A stretch of 64,000 nt of DNA from Octopus bimaculoides (GCF_001194135.2 NC_068986.1:114580563-114644562); one strand, 5' to 3'. Positions 1 through 12,710 are shown, numbered from the stretch's first letter. Numbers and translations: made by a program. The notes: generated by a model from the letters alone, not told the origin.

Positions 1-38
<38 letters not shown>

Positions 39-204
39 TTCAAGTACCAATCAAATACATGGGGTCAGTGTAAACGACTACCCCTCCTAAAATTTCAGGC
101 TTTGTGCCTATAATAGAAATTATTATTATTATTATTATTATTATTGTTGTTGTTATTGTTATTATTATTGTTGTTGTTGTCGTTGTTGTTATTGTTGTGC
201 ATGT

Positions 205-410
205 AAGTCGGCGAGATGGCACACGTATTAGCGCGCTGGACGTAACGCTTAGTGGTATTTATTCCGGCTTTTTAAGTTCTGAGCTCATAAATGGCCGAGG
301 TCAACTTTGCCTTTCATCATAACGCAGTCGATAAAATAAAGCGCTATTCAAGTACTCAAGTACACTCGCCCCATAAAATATTGCTAGCCTTGTGCCCAAA
401 CTCAAAACTA
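205..410 (+). mobile_element. SINE family A copy (tRNA-like head, ATT-type tail), degenerate
   Basis: ggcgagatggcacacgtattagcgcg...gttctgagctc...gaggtcaactttgcctttcatc...gtcgataaaata...gccttgtgcc; the same modules recur many times in the window. Confidence 0.75.
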
Positions 411-737
411 ATGTCGTGTAAGTGTCTATCCGGATAAATTCATGTGGAGTCTATGCTTATATCTAAGTCTTCATATGTGTACACATAGCGTTCTACGCAT
501 GTGCCAATCACTAGTACGTTTGTGTGTGTGCGTGTTGTCTATGCAGATTTGTATATGTGTGTGTGTTGTCTATGCGTGTGTGTGTGTGAGAGAGAGTGTA
601 CGTGTGTACTTGTGTGTGCGTGTATCTATGAAGACCGTGCACACATAGCTTATATAAACAACGTAAAAGACGTGATGATGGATACGTAACATCAGCCTCG
701 CACCGATATCAGCAATAGCAACATCGTCATTAACATC

Positions 738-765
738 AGCAGCAGCAACCGCATTAGTAGTAGTA

Positions 766-810
<45 letters not shown>

Positions 811-852
811 ACAGCAGCAGCAGCAACAGCAGCAGTCGTAGCAGCAGCAGTA
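738..852. repeat. (GCA)n/(GTA)n compound microsatellite
   Basis: Directly visible; source of the poly-T/A ORF 570-971. Confidence 0.95.
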
Positions 853-1149
853 GAAATAACAGACGTTGGTCTGTGATGTGAATAAAGCGGACATTTTGCA
901 GTGCCGTGGCCTAAATAAATGCCTTCCTTGACCTCAACTAGCTTTTCGTTTTTTTTTTTTTTTTTGTACATGACAAATCAACTCTTTAAGCACACTACTT
1001 CTTCGTGTGTTTGGATGTATGGGCGGGAGTGTGTCCGTGTGCGGATTGAATTGTGGGTGTCGGTTAAAACATGAGTTCGCGCACCATACATAGTTCATTT
1101 TATAGCTTAGTGCATTTGTGTACACTGTATAAAAAGATTCGCTACTGGT

Positions 1150-1358
1150 CATATAGACTCTGCGGATCGTCGGACGAAATACCCTGCGATATTTCTTTTG
1201 TTACTTTACGCTCTGAGTTCAGAGTCCATCCAAATCAACTTTGCTTTTCATCCCACCAGAGCCGATAAATCCAAGTACAAGTACTAGAGTCGATAATATG
1301 AACTAACCCCAACCCCTCAAAACTGTTCACCTTTTGTGCCTGAATTAGAAAACATAAT
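1150..1358 (+). mobile_element. SINE family A copy, degenerate
   Basis: ctctgagttcagagtcc...caactttgcttttcatcc...gtcgat...ttgtgcctgaattagaaa. Confidence 0.65.
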
Positions 1359-1469
1359 CAACGATGACTGTTTACTTCGAAGTTTCGCCGTTCTTGGCCT
1401 CTTAAATCAGACACACACACTCACCCACACACACAGTGTCGTATTTTTTTTTTTATTTTAACAAGGAAA

Positions 1470-2420
1470 ATGTTTTGGGATTTGTGAGCCCGTCGTTGTT
1501 GTAGACCCTATGCTAGTAACTGTGAATCTAGTTCTGTCTAATGTGTGTAATATATATGATTCAGCCAAATCTGCTCCGTTGTATCCTACCCAAGGATCCA
1601 CCGACTACCTTACACTCATAATATCGGTATCGATGTCAGCCATGATAGTAAATATTTTCCCAAATTCGTGAGCTTTCAAGAGAAGACATTTTGAAATGGA
1701 TGTGTAGAAATTGTATATTATCGACTTGCTAAATCTGTAGCTGGATTTATCTTCGATATTGGTAAACTACTTGGTAGTGGCGTTGCTGCAATTCTTTTAT
1801 ATTAAGTGTGTTGTGTCGTATTTTTGTATTTATGGAAGCTAAAATCTGTTTGCTGACTATTTCCAGTTCGATTTTTCTTGGATTTATTAGTCTGCACTTT
1901 GGATTAGCTGTAAAGTTGTTTGTATGGTCCTTTAATGTTAAGTAGAATCTGCGTGGGTTGAGATTTCCCGTTTCATCTGCTATATTTAAATGTATCGCCT
2001 GAGCTTCCACTTCGTTGTTGATTATGCTGTATGTTGTGGCCTTGTTTTCTTGAATGTTTTCATTATTTAATAAGTCTGCTGTAAGTGTTTATACCTACTT
2101 CATATAGACTTTTGTTTTTATCGGTTGTATGGGTAAGGTGTTCGAATTCATGTGGGTTGGGAAATGCTCGCTTAGTGCTTTGAAAAGCGTTGGTGTTATT
2201 TTTAAATCTGATTTTTATTAGCTTAATTACATCCGTTGCAGATTTTTTAGGTCCTATATTGTGTGTATGGAGTTTTGTTGGTTTTGAAGTCAAATTTTTC
2301 GCCTGATATTCTGAAAGTTATTAACTTTATTCAAAAAAGAACGTTTTTAATTTAATTCCTTTTAAAACACCTTCACTTTTCCATTTGACGTCTATAATAA
2401 TAAACGCGAAATTTTATCTG
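1470..2420 (-). pseudogene. Penelope-like element reverse transcriptase relic, N-terminal half
   Basis: Minus-strand FYLTLKDHTNNFTANPKCRLINP...SKQILASIN, then NFYTSISKCLL, GYNGADLAE and IGLHNNDGL, matching the PLE RT motifs LKDHK..CRLINP, FYPSI, GSYDGAE, GLYRDDGL; stops and frameshifts. Confidence 0.8.
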
Positions 2421-3686
2421 TCTGGGACCCCTTGCATCTCAGTCTACCTTTGCTTTACATAGACATATTATACCTTTATGGAATCAGGATGACGTCCCGG
2501 ATTGAAAATCTGCTCTTCATTTGGTTCTTGAACATCCAGCATTGGGATCTGATTTAAAAGCATTTGGATTGCTATTTCTAGCGGGTATAGCTCAGCTGAT
2601 TCACACCATATTGGTTGGTGTTTGTCAGATGACGTCAGAGATCAGGGTAGAGATAAATGTCATTCGCTGCGTTAATTTTACGCCGAGATAAGAACTTTGG
2701 GACAAATTGGTCAACAGTTGGAATTCAACTTCAGACTGGAACGATAGAATTACAGAATTAATTCTCATTCATCCTTAACCTCTGATCAAACGCCACCGGG
2801 GCATATCGTCATTATAGACGTATTATAGACATGCTACTTAGCTCACTTTAGCTTTGAGCCGCAGGCCCAATTAGCCCTCCGAAGGAACCAACCTGAAAGT
2901 CTGCACGGGCTGCGGCTTTTAACCGAGTTTATAATATTTTTTTTACTGTATTTTAATGTTTTCTAGTGAGCAGACAAGATATCCTTCTGTTAGTTCACTT
3001 TATGATGCCAATTCATTTGCAGTGCTCAGTCAATTGAGGGATATAAAAACTTTCAGAGCTTTTTTAAGTTATAACTACATTTACTCGATTAAAGCCTTCA
3101 CTAGTACTAACTTCTATGTAAACAAAGATGAGAATTCTTTCTCTGACGAAGGACAAGAAAGATTAGAAATTAATCTGATCAACACCATTATTTCTTCAGA
3201 TAGAAATAAAAACCTGGGTTTGTAACCACTTGGCTTTATATTTTACAGCGTGTTACAGTTGTTTATTAAGAATGTACACTTAACACTTCAAATCGTTCGA
3301 AAACGGTGTTAGTGCATACACTCTTGTAAAAATTATAGTAACCTATTGAGTTGAGTCCCTATTTGTATTCACTATGAATACCTATTTGCTACAAATATTT
3401 CTGTGGACAGAAGTTGGGTATTCATTCTATGATAAAGATCTAAAATGCCCTGAAACTAGTCAAATCGATACCACTTTGTGTGTAGATGTATATATATACA
3501 CGTAGATGTATATTATAAAACTGCTTAGGACTAACCGATTATTTGATCAGTAGTGATATTTTTTGTGTAATGTTTATGTAGAGTAAAATGGAAAGATTCA
3601 TTTTATGCAAAGGTTTCAGTTTCTTTCTTTACCTATTCATTTTCCATCCCTAACTTTCTGTCGGAATTTTACTCCGAGAAAAATGT

Positions 3687-3746
<60 letters not shown>

Positions 3747-4075
3747 NNNNNNNNNNNNNNNNNNNNNNNNNNNNNNNNNNNNNNNNNNNNNNNNNNNNNN
3801 NNNNNNNNNNNNNNNNNNNNNNNNNNNNNNNNNNNNNNNNNNNNNNNNNNNNNNNNNNNNNNNNNNNNNNNNNNNNNNNNNNNNNNNNNNNNNNNNNNNN
3901 NNNNNNNNNNNNNNNNNNNNNNNNNNNNNNNNNNNNNNNNNNNNNNNNNNNNNNNNNNNNNNNNNNNNNNNNNNNNNNNNNNNNNNNNNNNNNNNNNNNN
4001 NNNNNNNNNNNNNNNNNNNNNNNNNNNNNNNNNNNNNNNNNNNNNNNNNNNNNNNNNNNNNNNNNNNNNNNNNNN
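3747..4075. other. Assembly gap after a (CT)n tract
   Basis: Run of N. Other gaps: 5426-5435, 10754-11059, 11471-11480, 13472-13666, 15797-15806, 31553-31577, 41073-41085, 60078-60315, 62326-62335. Confidence 1.
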
Positions 4076-4254
4076 CTTAAGATTTCTTTAGAGCAACTCA
4101 AAAGCTAAACATTTATAAACGCGGCACATACAAGGACGCATACGTGCACACATATATTACACACAGACCTTACCTACCAACTGGGAAGATAAAAGCCTTT
4201 ATAAATATACAAGCAGAGATACCCGGCGTTGCTAAGGATTAAAATGGCATAGTT

Positions 4255-4556
4255 TTTTATTGCTTTACTTGTTTCAGTCATGCGGCTGCGGCCATGCTGG
4301 AGTACCGCCTTTAGTCGAACAAATCGACCCCAGGATTTATTCTTTGTAGTACTTATTCTATCGATGTCTTGTCGAACTGCTAAGTTACGGAGATGTAAAC
4401 ACATCAACATCGGTTGTCAAGCGTTAGTGGGGATACAAACACAGACATACAAACACAGACACAGACACACACACAAACAAATATATACGACAGTCTTCTT
4501 TCAGTTTTCGCGTATGGAATCCACTCACAAGGCTTTGGTGGGCCTGAGGCTATAGT
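4255..4556 (-). mobile_element. SINE family B copy (CORE-like), 5'-truncated
   Basis: Closely similar to 9091-9469 and 16590-16968 over the tail and central domains. Confidence 0.85.
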
Positions 4557-4944
4557 TTGTATGGAACGAAACGCAATAGCCTACATAGCTTTGTTTTATA
4601 CTTTTACATTCTTAAGGTACATTCTGAGGTAAAAGTCACACACAGCATTCTGTATTATACTATTATACTGCTGTTAGTCAAAAATTTCAGAGTCCCAAGC
4701 AGTCGTCTTATAAACAAATACGAGATTGCCTCGATGTCTCCACGACAGGATAGTCATCCAACACAGTGGCGACCGATAACAAAACCTAGGGGAAGCGTTT
4801 GTGAGCTGACATCATTCCTAGATGGGTTAATTTCTAAGAAATTAAACCCATTAGATTTCAACTGGACTATTTATTATTGCTGCCGGGAGCTGGCGCGCCA
4901 ATCGTTGAAAAGTCGATCGGTCGTAAGTCGATGACGACCTGTAT

Positions 4945-5260
4945 TCATATTCTCACTGATTTTGAAAGAAATGTTCTGTCTGCAGGTCTCCTAAATGTTA
5001 TACCAATATTCCTTGCGTTTATGTATAAGTATACATTAAATAACAGGGATATTCATTATATTTAGTTCATGTCAGTCTTTCTTATAGATGGCATTGTATA
5101 TTGTTTTAGCAACATTATACCGCACTGGATGGTAGCATTTTGGTGATATTTTGGGGCAGCTGTTGATCACCTGTGTAATATCTTCCACAGAAATGTGACA
5201 TGATCGGCATTTTCGGTTACAACCTGGGTGGGTTTAAAAGCTTCATTGTTTCTTTTATTC
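4945..5260 (-). pseudogene. R4/Dong-like (RLE-type) LINE relic, zinc-knuckle region
   Basis: Minus-strand KCRSCHISVEDITQVINSCPK, then RYNVAKTIYNAIYKKD and HKRKEYWYNI; homologous to the CCHC region at 25550-25700. Confidence 0.7.
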
Positions 5261-5385
5261 ATTAGAAACTTTGTAGCTATCTCCCGTTCTTCGATTACTA
5301 AACATAAACTTAGAAAAATGTGACAATGGTCACGTGCCCAAAACAAGAATCATTACCTATGCATACAAGTACATATCTATCTATC

Positions 5386-5425
<40 letters not shown>

Positions 5426-5480
5426 NNNNNNNNNNAGTGGTCGTGTTAGCAAGGACATTTGTGTCGTTGTCGTTGTTGTT

Positions 5481-5519
<39 letters not shown>

Positions 5520-5620
5520 TGATCACGTGATTCAGACGCTTCGCAAGCCTAGGTTACTGGTTCGATGCCAACCAGGACATATAAATTTCGTGAATGAAAC
5601 TTTACGAGAATTCAAATCAA

Positions 5621-6275
5621 TACATTTTCTCCTCGACTTGCGACTGAGAGCTGTTCCAACTGACAGGTCGTAAGTCGATCTGGCCGTGTATCGGATTTAT
5701 ATTTTTCAACACTATTTTCATTCAAACGGGTATTAAATCTTCCATCCACATGAATAACAATTTCTCCATTTCATGGAGGGATCCCTGTCGTTGCTTGGTT
5801 AAAATCGTAGACTTCATAAGTGCAGAACTTTTCAGAGCTTCACGAATTCTTTCTTTGTCCTTAAGTATCGTCGATACCGTGAATGCAATAACTTCCGAGT
5901 CGCGTGCTACTGCATTCACATTCTTTCCGCCTTCATACTGCCGGATAATCTTCATTTTACAGTCTAAATTAATACCTTTCTTTGACTTCTTAGCTGCTGC
6001 ATCGGTAAATGAAAGCGTTTTCCTTTTACCAGTCATTTTAGGGGTATTTCAGATACAATTGTAACAAATCCACACTCAACTGATACTTGAAAGCGACTGA
6101 GTGAGAGACAGTGGCTGAATTTGAGTGAGGCTTGCGTTGCCAGATGCTGCCTAAGTTATTGTACGCGCAGCTGCCCAATGTCCGAAAATCGATTATTTAT
6201 TTATTTTATAATTTTTTGTGGTCGTAAGTGCGGATGGTTGTAAGTCGCATAGGTCGTAAGTCAAGAAAGTCTATA
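5621..6275 (-). mobile_element. Internally deleted Tigger/pogo-like DNA transposon retaining the N-terminal CENP-B-type HTH ORF (5722-6036)
   Basis: ORF MTGKRK...LDCKMKIIRQYEGG...TVSTILKDKERI...EMEKLLFMWMED; imperfect TIRs TA-cattttctcctcgacttgcgac and gtcgtaagtcaagaaagtc-TATA; subterminal gtcgtaagt repeats. Confidence 0.8.
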
Positions 6276-6374
6276 ACAGTAATAGACATCCCACCTTGTC
6301 ATTAACACTGTCAGACAGCGAGTCCTTCATTTGTGTCTATATGCATATGTGAGAGAGAGGGAGAGTGTGTGCGT

Positions 6375-6421
<47 letters not shown>

Positions 6422-6450
6422 TATTGTTGTTGTTGTTGTTGTTGTTGTTG
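6375..6450. repeat. (GTA)n(GTT)n microsatellite
   Basis: Directly visible. Confidence 0.95.
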
Positions 6451-7043
6451 TAAGACAGGTAAGCGAAGTATTTAGTTGCGGTGAGAGCACAACTAATCAA
6501 GGCAGTCAGTGCATGAAAAACGATCTTCAAATGCACCATATAATGAAATAATGAATTAACTACTGAAAAATATTTCCACATGTTTAGTGTATTAATTGAG
6601 GTCTGTTCTTCCTATTGTTGTGATTCACATTCACATAAAATAAATGTAAGCTTTAATATAAATACCCTACACCATGTACTGAGTCTCTTTCCCGTTCCGC
6701 ATTCCCATAAATGCGAATTAGTAGAGTCGGCACAGCATCCAAATCCTCTAGAGATCAACTTTACCGTTGATATAAACCGTGCTAGTCTATACGGTGCACG
6801 GTCAGACTGGATGCTTTGTGGTATTTGTTCCGGCTTTTTGTCTCCTGAGTTCAAATTCTGCCATGTTCTATTTCGGTTGTAGGCTTAATCTAGTAGCCGA
6901 CTTGACAGCACTATAAGGTATCTTGGGTATTTTTAGCGGAGTCCATCTTGTTGCAAGCCTTCGAGTACTACTTAGTTTCGGAGGCTCTTCAGCGGTCATA
7001 GGCACTGTCTTGTCCCGTAACTAAAAGACAAAACAATACAAAG

Positions 7044-7086
7044 ACAGATAGACAGACAGACAGTTATAGATAGATAGAGACAGAAT

Positions 7087-7152
<66 letters not shown>
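7044..7152. repeat. (GACA)n(GATA)n microsatellite
   Basis: Directly visible. Confidence 0.95.
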
Positions 7153-7173
<21 letters not shown>

Positions 7174-7218
7174 GTGTACCTATATATATTTTTTTTTTAT
7201 TTATATTTATGTATGATT

Positions 7219-7255
<37 letters not shown>

Positions 7256-7308
7256 CACTCACACACACACACACAACAGTTCAGTGACGTTATTATCCCA
7301 CACACGAA

Positions 7309-7520
7309 GGCGGTGAGCTGACAGAATCGTTGCTGCGCCGGGCAAAGTGTTGAGTGGCATTTCGTCTGTCTTTAAATTCTAAGCTGAAATTCCGCCCAGA
7401 TCGACTTTGCCTTTCATCCTTTCGAAATCGATAAAACAAGTACCAGTTGAGTTCTGGGGATCGATGTAATCGAATTAACCACAAAATTGCTGGCCTTGTG
7501 CCAAAACTTGAGACCATTAT
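7309..7520 (+). mobile_element. SINE family A, near full length
   Basis: ggcggtgagctgacagaatcgtt...ttccgcccagatcgactttgcctttcatcc...aagtaccagttgagttctggggatcgat...ggccttgtgccaaaacttgagaccattat; CpGs retained. Confidence 0.85.
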
Positions 7521-7534
7521 CACACACACAACAT

Positions 7535-7715
7535 GATAGCCCAACTAAGCTAGAAGTAGCAGTAAAAAATTCCCTGAAATCGCACCCTACCGCCTAATAT
7601 TTTGGGGAGAGTTACATCGGACACTGGAGTCTTAGATATACAAAAAGCGAGAAACTTCTTAGATCATAAGTCTGCTCAATCAGAACTGACCCTAGGCTAA
7701 AGAACACCACCGACA
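7535..7715 (+). mobile_element. Family D repeat (about 200-nt non-LTR 3' end or SINE with AAC-type tail)
   Basis: gctagaagtagcag...aaatcgcaccctaccg...gatcataagtctgctcaatcag...ctaggctaaa; similar copies at about 7975-8135(-), 14041-14221(+), 26101-26280(-), 28420-28600(+), 39220-39390(-), 39830-40045(+), 47270-47460(-), 57350-57510(+), 63720-63870(-). Confidence 0.7.
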
Positions 7716-9090
7716 ACAGCAGGGGAAGAAACACACACACACACACTAACTGATAAGTATGATACAGGCAGCCAATAGTGATAAAAGGAAGCACACACAC
7801 AGTGGTTATGTTAATCAGTCGTCAATTGATAAATAAAGTCAAGTGTCCCACCTTCACATACTCCTCTCCCACACTCTTGTATGTCCCATACTGCCACTGA
7901 TATGTCCCAGGTTGGGTATAAATACAGACACTCCAGTCCCTATCAGTCTCTTTATCTAATGTATATGAGTGCGCCGTTATTTAACCTCTAGTTAACCCTG
8001 ACATATGAACAAATGCGTTCCAGCCATAGCCATCTCATCTTCTTGATTTTTTTTTTTTTTTTACTACTAGACGTAGAAAACTAGTCCTGCACGATTTGAT
8101 ATATCCTTGCTTTTTTAAAGAAAGGTTGAGTAAAATTTGACTATTTTCCCCCTATACTATTACTGCATTACATATTAATGAAAAGGAATTTTTCTTCGCA
8201 ATATAACATTGTCAGGTGTTTGTAAAATAAAAGTGTGCCTCCGTGTGTGTGTGTGTGTGTGTGTGTGTGAGCAGTATATATTTGCATGTGTTTTGTGTAT
8301 TTGTATATTTTAAAACGAGGATCATCCCTACGTCTTTAATTTAGCGTTCCAGTAGAGGACAATAACTAGCTAATAGCCAGAGTGTATGGGACAAGGGGAT
8401 ATGTAGCGAGTGTATCATGCCAATCATATTCAGGTGATGAGATTTCTTTTAGAAGATTTTGGGTGGAAATACATGTGTGGTTAAGAACTTTGCAATTACA
8501 TGACTGCCAGAATCGATCCAACAGCACAGCTTTTTGCATGGGAGACTTAATCCGTCACCCAGTTTAATGCAATCATTTGGATCTTGGATATGGAGATTTT
8601 ACACTGTTACAAGCATTTAGACAAGGTTTCCGCTCTAAGGATAATAAAGAAGTCGATATAAGGATGAACTGTTTCCTACTATATTAATTTTTCCTGCCAT
8701 TCCACACCGCCAACAGGGCCTATAAAAGATAGGTTCAGTATGGAACGTGGGGAAACAGCTGGCCTCGACTCGCTGTTACCCTCACTAAGTCATAATACTA
8801 AAAATTTTGTCAAGAACAGTTAGAGCGTCGGAGAAAATCCCTTTTGGTGATATTTGTTCCGACTCTTTAAGTGCTGACATCACACACCGTTGTGGCCAGG
8901 TTTTGCTTTCCATCCAACTGGAGTCGATAAAATAAAATAAATCAGGTGCTAGGTGGAAGATACCATCGACTATCCCTCTCCCACTATTTTTGTGTCTTCT
9001 ACATAAGTCAGAAACAATTATTTCCTTGGCAACTTTAAACCAGTTCCTTCAGATAAAAAAGAACGGACATCCAATGACCAACTACCCGAC

Positions 9091-9469
9091 GTTTCAGTCA
9101 TTTGACTGAGGCCATGCTGGAGCACCACCTTTAGTCGAGCAAATCGACCCCAGGACTTATTCTTTGGAAGCCTAGTACTTATTCTATCGGTCTCTTTTGC
9201 CAAACCGCTAAGTTACGGGGACGTAAAGACACCACCAACGGTTGTCAAGCGATGTTTGGGGGACAAACACAGACACACACACACACACATATATATATAT
9301 ACATATATACGACGGGCTTCTTTCAGTTTCCGTCTACCAAATCCACTCAAGGCTTTGGTCGGCCCGAGGCTATAGTAGAAGACACTTGCCCAAGTTGCCA
9401 TGCAGTGGGACTGAACCCGGAACCATGTGGTTGGTACGCAAGCTACTTACCTCACTGCCTCTCCTGCGC
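9091..9469 (-). mobile_element. SINE family B, full length (tRNA-like head, CORE-like domain, CA/TA microsatellite, tail)
   Basis: Reverse complement reads gcgcaggagaggcagtgaggtaagtagcttg...ggttccgggttcagtccc...ttgggcaagtgtcttctactatagcctcggg; ttgggcaagt is the CORE-SINE hallmark; resembles octopus OR-type SINEs, exact name uncertain. Confidence 0.88.
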
Positions 9470-9479
9470 AATATAATGC

Positions 9480-10708
9480 TTCAACCAGCATTCCAAAAGT
9501 AGTGAAACGTCCCACCTAAAAACAACACTGATTGAAAAAAAAGCCTGCAACAATCTTATGTAAGAGAAAGTGCAGACAAAGAATCCTCACTTATAAAAAA
9601 CATTAAGTCAAACCCAAAGGCCTTTTTGCATTATGCCAAAGAAACAGCCTCAGTACGCAGCAAAATAGGGCCCCTCTTCCAAAAGGATGGCTCTCTCACA
9701 GATAGCTCAACCAGGATAAGCGCGATACTGATTGACTAGTTGAAAAGTGTCTTTACCACCCCTTTGGAGCACAGACAAGTGAACGAACCAGTGGATTGCT
9801 ATGCCACCTCACTTATAACCAGCGAGGCAGTTACGATGGATTACATCGACATTAGTGAAGAAGATATACTATTTGCCATAGATGAGGTGGGCGTAAACTC
9901 AACTGCTGATCCTGGTGGTTTCCCAGCAATCCTCCTTAGATCATGTAAGTGTCTCCTGGCGAAACCACAACAGATTCTCTTCCAGAGCTTTCTTTTAAAT
10001 GGCAGGAACCTGGGTATCGACATGAGTGATGATACCTCTTTCCAAGTGCACATTACCAAGATGACGATAAAGTACAGACGACTGGCTGGATGAATCCTGA
10101 GAACGTTCAGAACCAAAGAGAAAGAAACCATGATGGCCCTCTAGAGGACATTCGTCCTCAGCCACCTGGATTATTGCTCTCAGCTATGGTCACCCCACTT
10201 CACAAAGATCGTCTCATTGCAACAGCTCAGTTACTGGAATAGGTTGAAACAGCTAAGACTTTACTCCCCGGAGCGAATGCAGGAGAGATATGCAGTAATA
10301 TACATTTGGAAGATCCTGGAAGGGATTGTGCCAAATTTTGGCATTGAAAGCTACACAAACGCCAGAACGGGTCGCCACTGCACAGTGCCAAAGATCCCAT
10401 CAATGCCATCGCGCTTCAGGACCAGTTACTGCAACAGCCGGGGTTTCAGGGGCCCAGAACTTTTTAATATTCTCCCAAAGAGCCTGAGGGACCTACACAA
10501 AGTGGATGTAGGTGTTTTCAAATCAAAACAGGATCTCTTCCTGCAGTGAGTAACAGATGAACCTACCTCACGGCAGGATGTGCAAATGAAGGTAGTGACA
10601 TCAAAATCCCATCTTCACCTAATTCCACATATAAAAGGAGGCTCTCAATAATAACAATGTCGTAAAACAGCGGTGCCCCACCATGGCCCTTTGAGCTGAA
10701 ACTGATAG

Positions 10709-10710
<2 letters not shown>
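9480..10710 (+). pseudogene. CR1-clade LINE relic with internal deletion of the RT core
   Basis: NIKSNPKAFLHYAK...IGPL...LKSVFT; DPGGFPAILLRSC; then directly RNLGIDMSDD...WILRTF...HLDYCSQLWSP...LSYWNRLKQLRLYSPERMQERY...GPELFNILPKSLR; ends at an (AT)n tract. Confidence 0.85.
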
Positions 10711-10753
<43 letters not shown>

Positions 10754-11059
10754 NNNNNNNNNNNNNNNNNNNNNNNNNNNNNNNNNNNNNNNNNNNNNNN
10801 NNNNNNNNNNNNNNNNNNNNNNNNNNNNNNNNNNNNNNNNNNNNNNNNNNNNNNNNNNNNNNNNNNNNNNNNNNNNNNNNNNNNNNNNNNNNNNNNNNNN
10901 NNNNNNNNNNNNNNNNNNNNNNNNNNNNNNNNNNNNNNNNNNNNNNNNNNNNNNNNNNNNNNNNNNNNNNNNNNNNNNNNNNNNNNNNNNNNNNNNNNNN
11001 NNNNNNNNNNNNNNNNNNNNNNNNNNNNNNNNNNNNNNNNNNNNNNNNNNNNNNNNNNN

Positions 11060-11094
<35 letters not shown>

Positions 11095-11144
11095 ACGTAT
11101 ATATGTATATATGCACATACACATGTATGTATGCAAATATGTAT

Positions 11145-11335
11145 TTGTCGGTGTTTTCTCCCACTCCACAATCACTTGACTACTGATATTGATGTGTTTA
11201 CGTCCCGTACTTCTGCAATATAGACCGATAGAATAAGTACTAGACTTACAAAGAATAAGTCCTGGGGTCAATTTGTTCGACTAAAAGCCAGGGCTCCAGC
11301 ATGGCCGCAGTCGAATGCCTGAAACAAGTAAAAAA
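11145..11335 (+). mobile_element. SINE family B, 3' half
   Basis: tgtttacgtcccgta...gaccgatagaataagtactagacttacaaagaataagtcctggggtc...ctccagcatggccgcagtc...gaaacaagtaaaa. Confidence 0.85.
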
Positions 11336-11366
11336 ATATAGATAATGAATATATATATAATGTGTG

Positions 11367-11397
<31 letters not shown>

Positions 11398-11516
11398 ATA
11401 CATATATATATATATATAATGTATATATATATATGTGTGCATATATATATATATGTGTATATATATATATNNNNNNNNNNCATATATATATATATGTGTA
11501 TATATATATATATGTG

Positions 11517-11558
<42 letters not shown>

Positions 11559-11904
11559 CGTGCGTGCGCGCTCGTATGCATAATAAACATGTTACATCCA
11601 ATCATTCAAACAGAGTTTCGGTTAGTGCCATTTTCATCGGCTGCTTATATTTACGGACTTAAGACTAAAAATAAGACTCTAACCTTATTTACGCAGCATA
11701 AGGCAACCATGATACAATCAACTTTTTCGTACTTCCAACACGAGTGGGTCTATTGAGCATTTTTTTTTTTTTTTGTATGTTACCAGCCACCACAAAATGA
11801 ATAAAAGCAATATATTTATATAAAGTATATTCAGTCTACGTTCTACGAGACTATACTCATACATACTCAGCATTGGTGTTTTACGCGAAAAAAACCAACG
11901 TCTC

Positions 11905-12043
11905 TCCAGACACACACACACACACATATACGCGTGTGTAGACACCCACACAGACACACACACACACATATGTACGCATGTGCACACACACACGTGCACG
12001 TGTGCACACACCCACACACACAAACATATCGGTGTGTGTGTAA

Positions 12044-12096
<53 letters not shown>

Positions 12097-12230
12097 TATA
12101 CACACATGTATATATATATAAACATATGTACGTGTGTGTGTGTATATATATATGCACATATGTATGTGTATATATATACATATATACACACACACACATA
12201 TATATATGCATGTGTGTATACACACACACA
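11905..12230. repeat. Compound (CA)/(TA) microsatellite field immediately upstream of the first visible exon
   Basis: Directly visible. Confidence 0.95.
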
Positions 12231-12295
12231 AACAAACATTTACAATACATATATACAAACATACATAACAGAATACTCCGTCTCTCACCCTACAG

Positions 12296-12377
12296 ATGGC
12301 CTCAGGGAGTATTTTGGCAAGTTCGGAGAGATAAAAGAAGCAATGGTGATGAAGGACCCAGCTACGAAACGATCTCG
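12296..12377 (+). CDS. msi: Musashi-family RNA-binding protein, internal coding exon (RRM1 alpha1-beta2), 82 nt, phase 1 to phase 2
   Basis: ctctcaccctacAG|ATGGC...TCTCG|GTAAGT; translates (D)[26 protein letters not shown](R), aligning with vertebrate MSI [28 protein letters not shown]. Confidence 0.96.
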
Positions 12378-12429
12378 GTAAGTTGATCTTCGCTCTGCTT
12401 TACTTTGTTCTATACTAGAAAAAATACTA

Positions 12430-12710
12430 CCATATAAATCACTACCTACACTATTACCATTAAAGATACTACTACTACCGTCACCACTTATGCTACCAAA
12501 ACTACCACCACTTCTGTATAATCTATATCACCCACCGACTTCACTTAACTCCTACCACCACTCTAAAGCTACCATCACTACAACCACAACTATTATACCA
12601 CTACCATTATTTCTAGTATCATCACCACCATCACCACATCTCTACCACAACTATCATTACCATCACCACTACAGGAATACTACCAATTCACTCATCACTA
12701 TTGCCACCAA
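12430..12710. repeat. Degenerate CAC/CTA/CAT trinucleotide low-complexity tract
   Basis: Directly visible; similar tracts near 54850-55030 and 58780-59300. Confidence 0.8.

Noticed and set aside
3140-3190. CTGACGA...GAAA hammerhead-like core
   Set aside because: No stem II pairing, G at the cleavage position and no stem I partner
12272-12295. Upstream in-frame CAG that would add EYSVSHPT to RRM1
   Set aside because: No pyrimidine tract before it, and the insertion would disrupt the RRM; the downstream AG gives the conserved exon size
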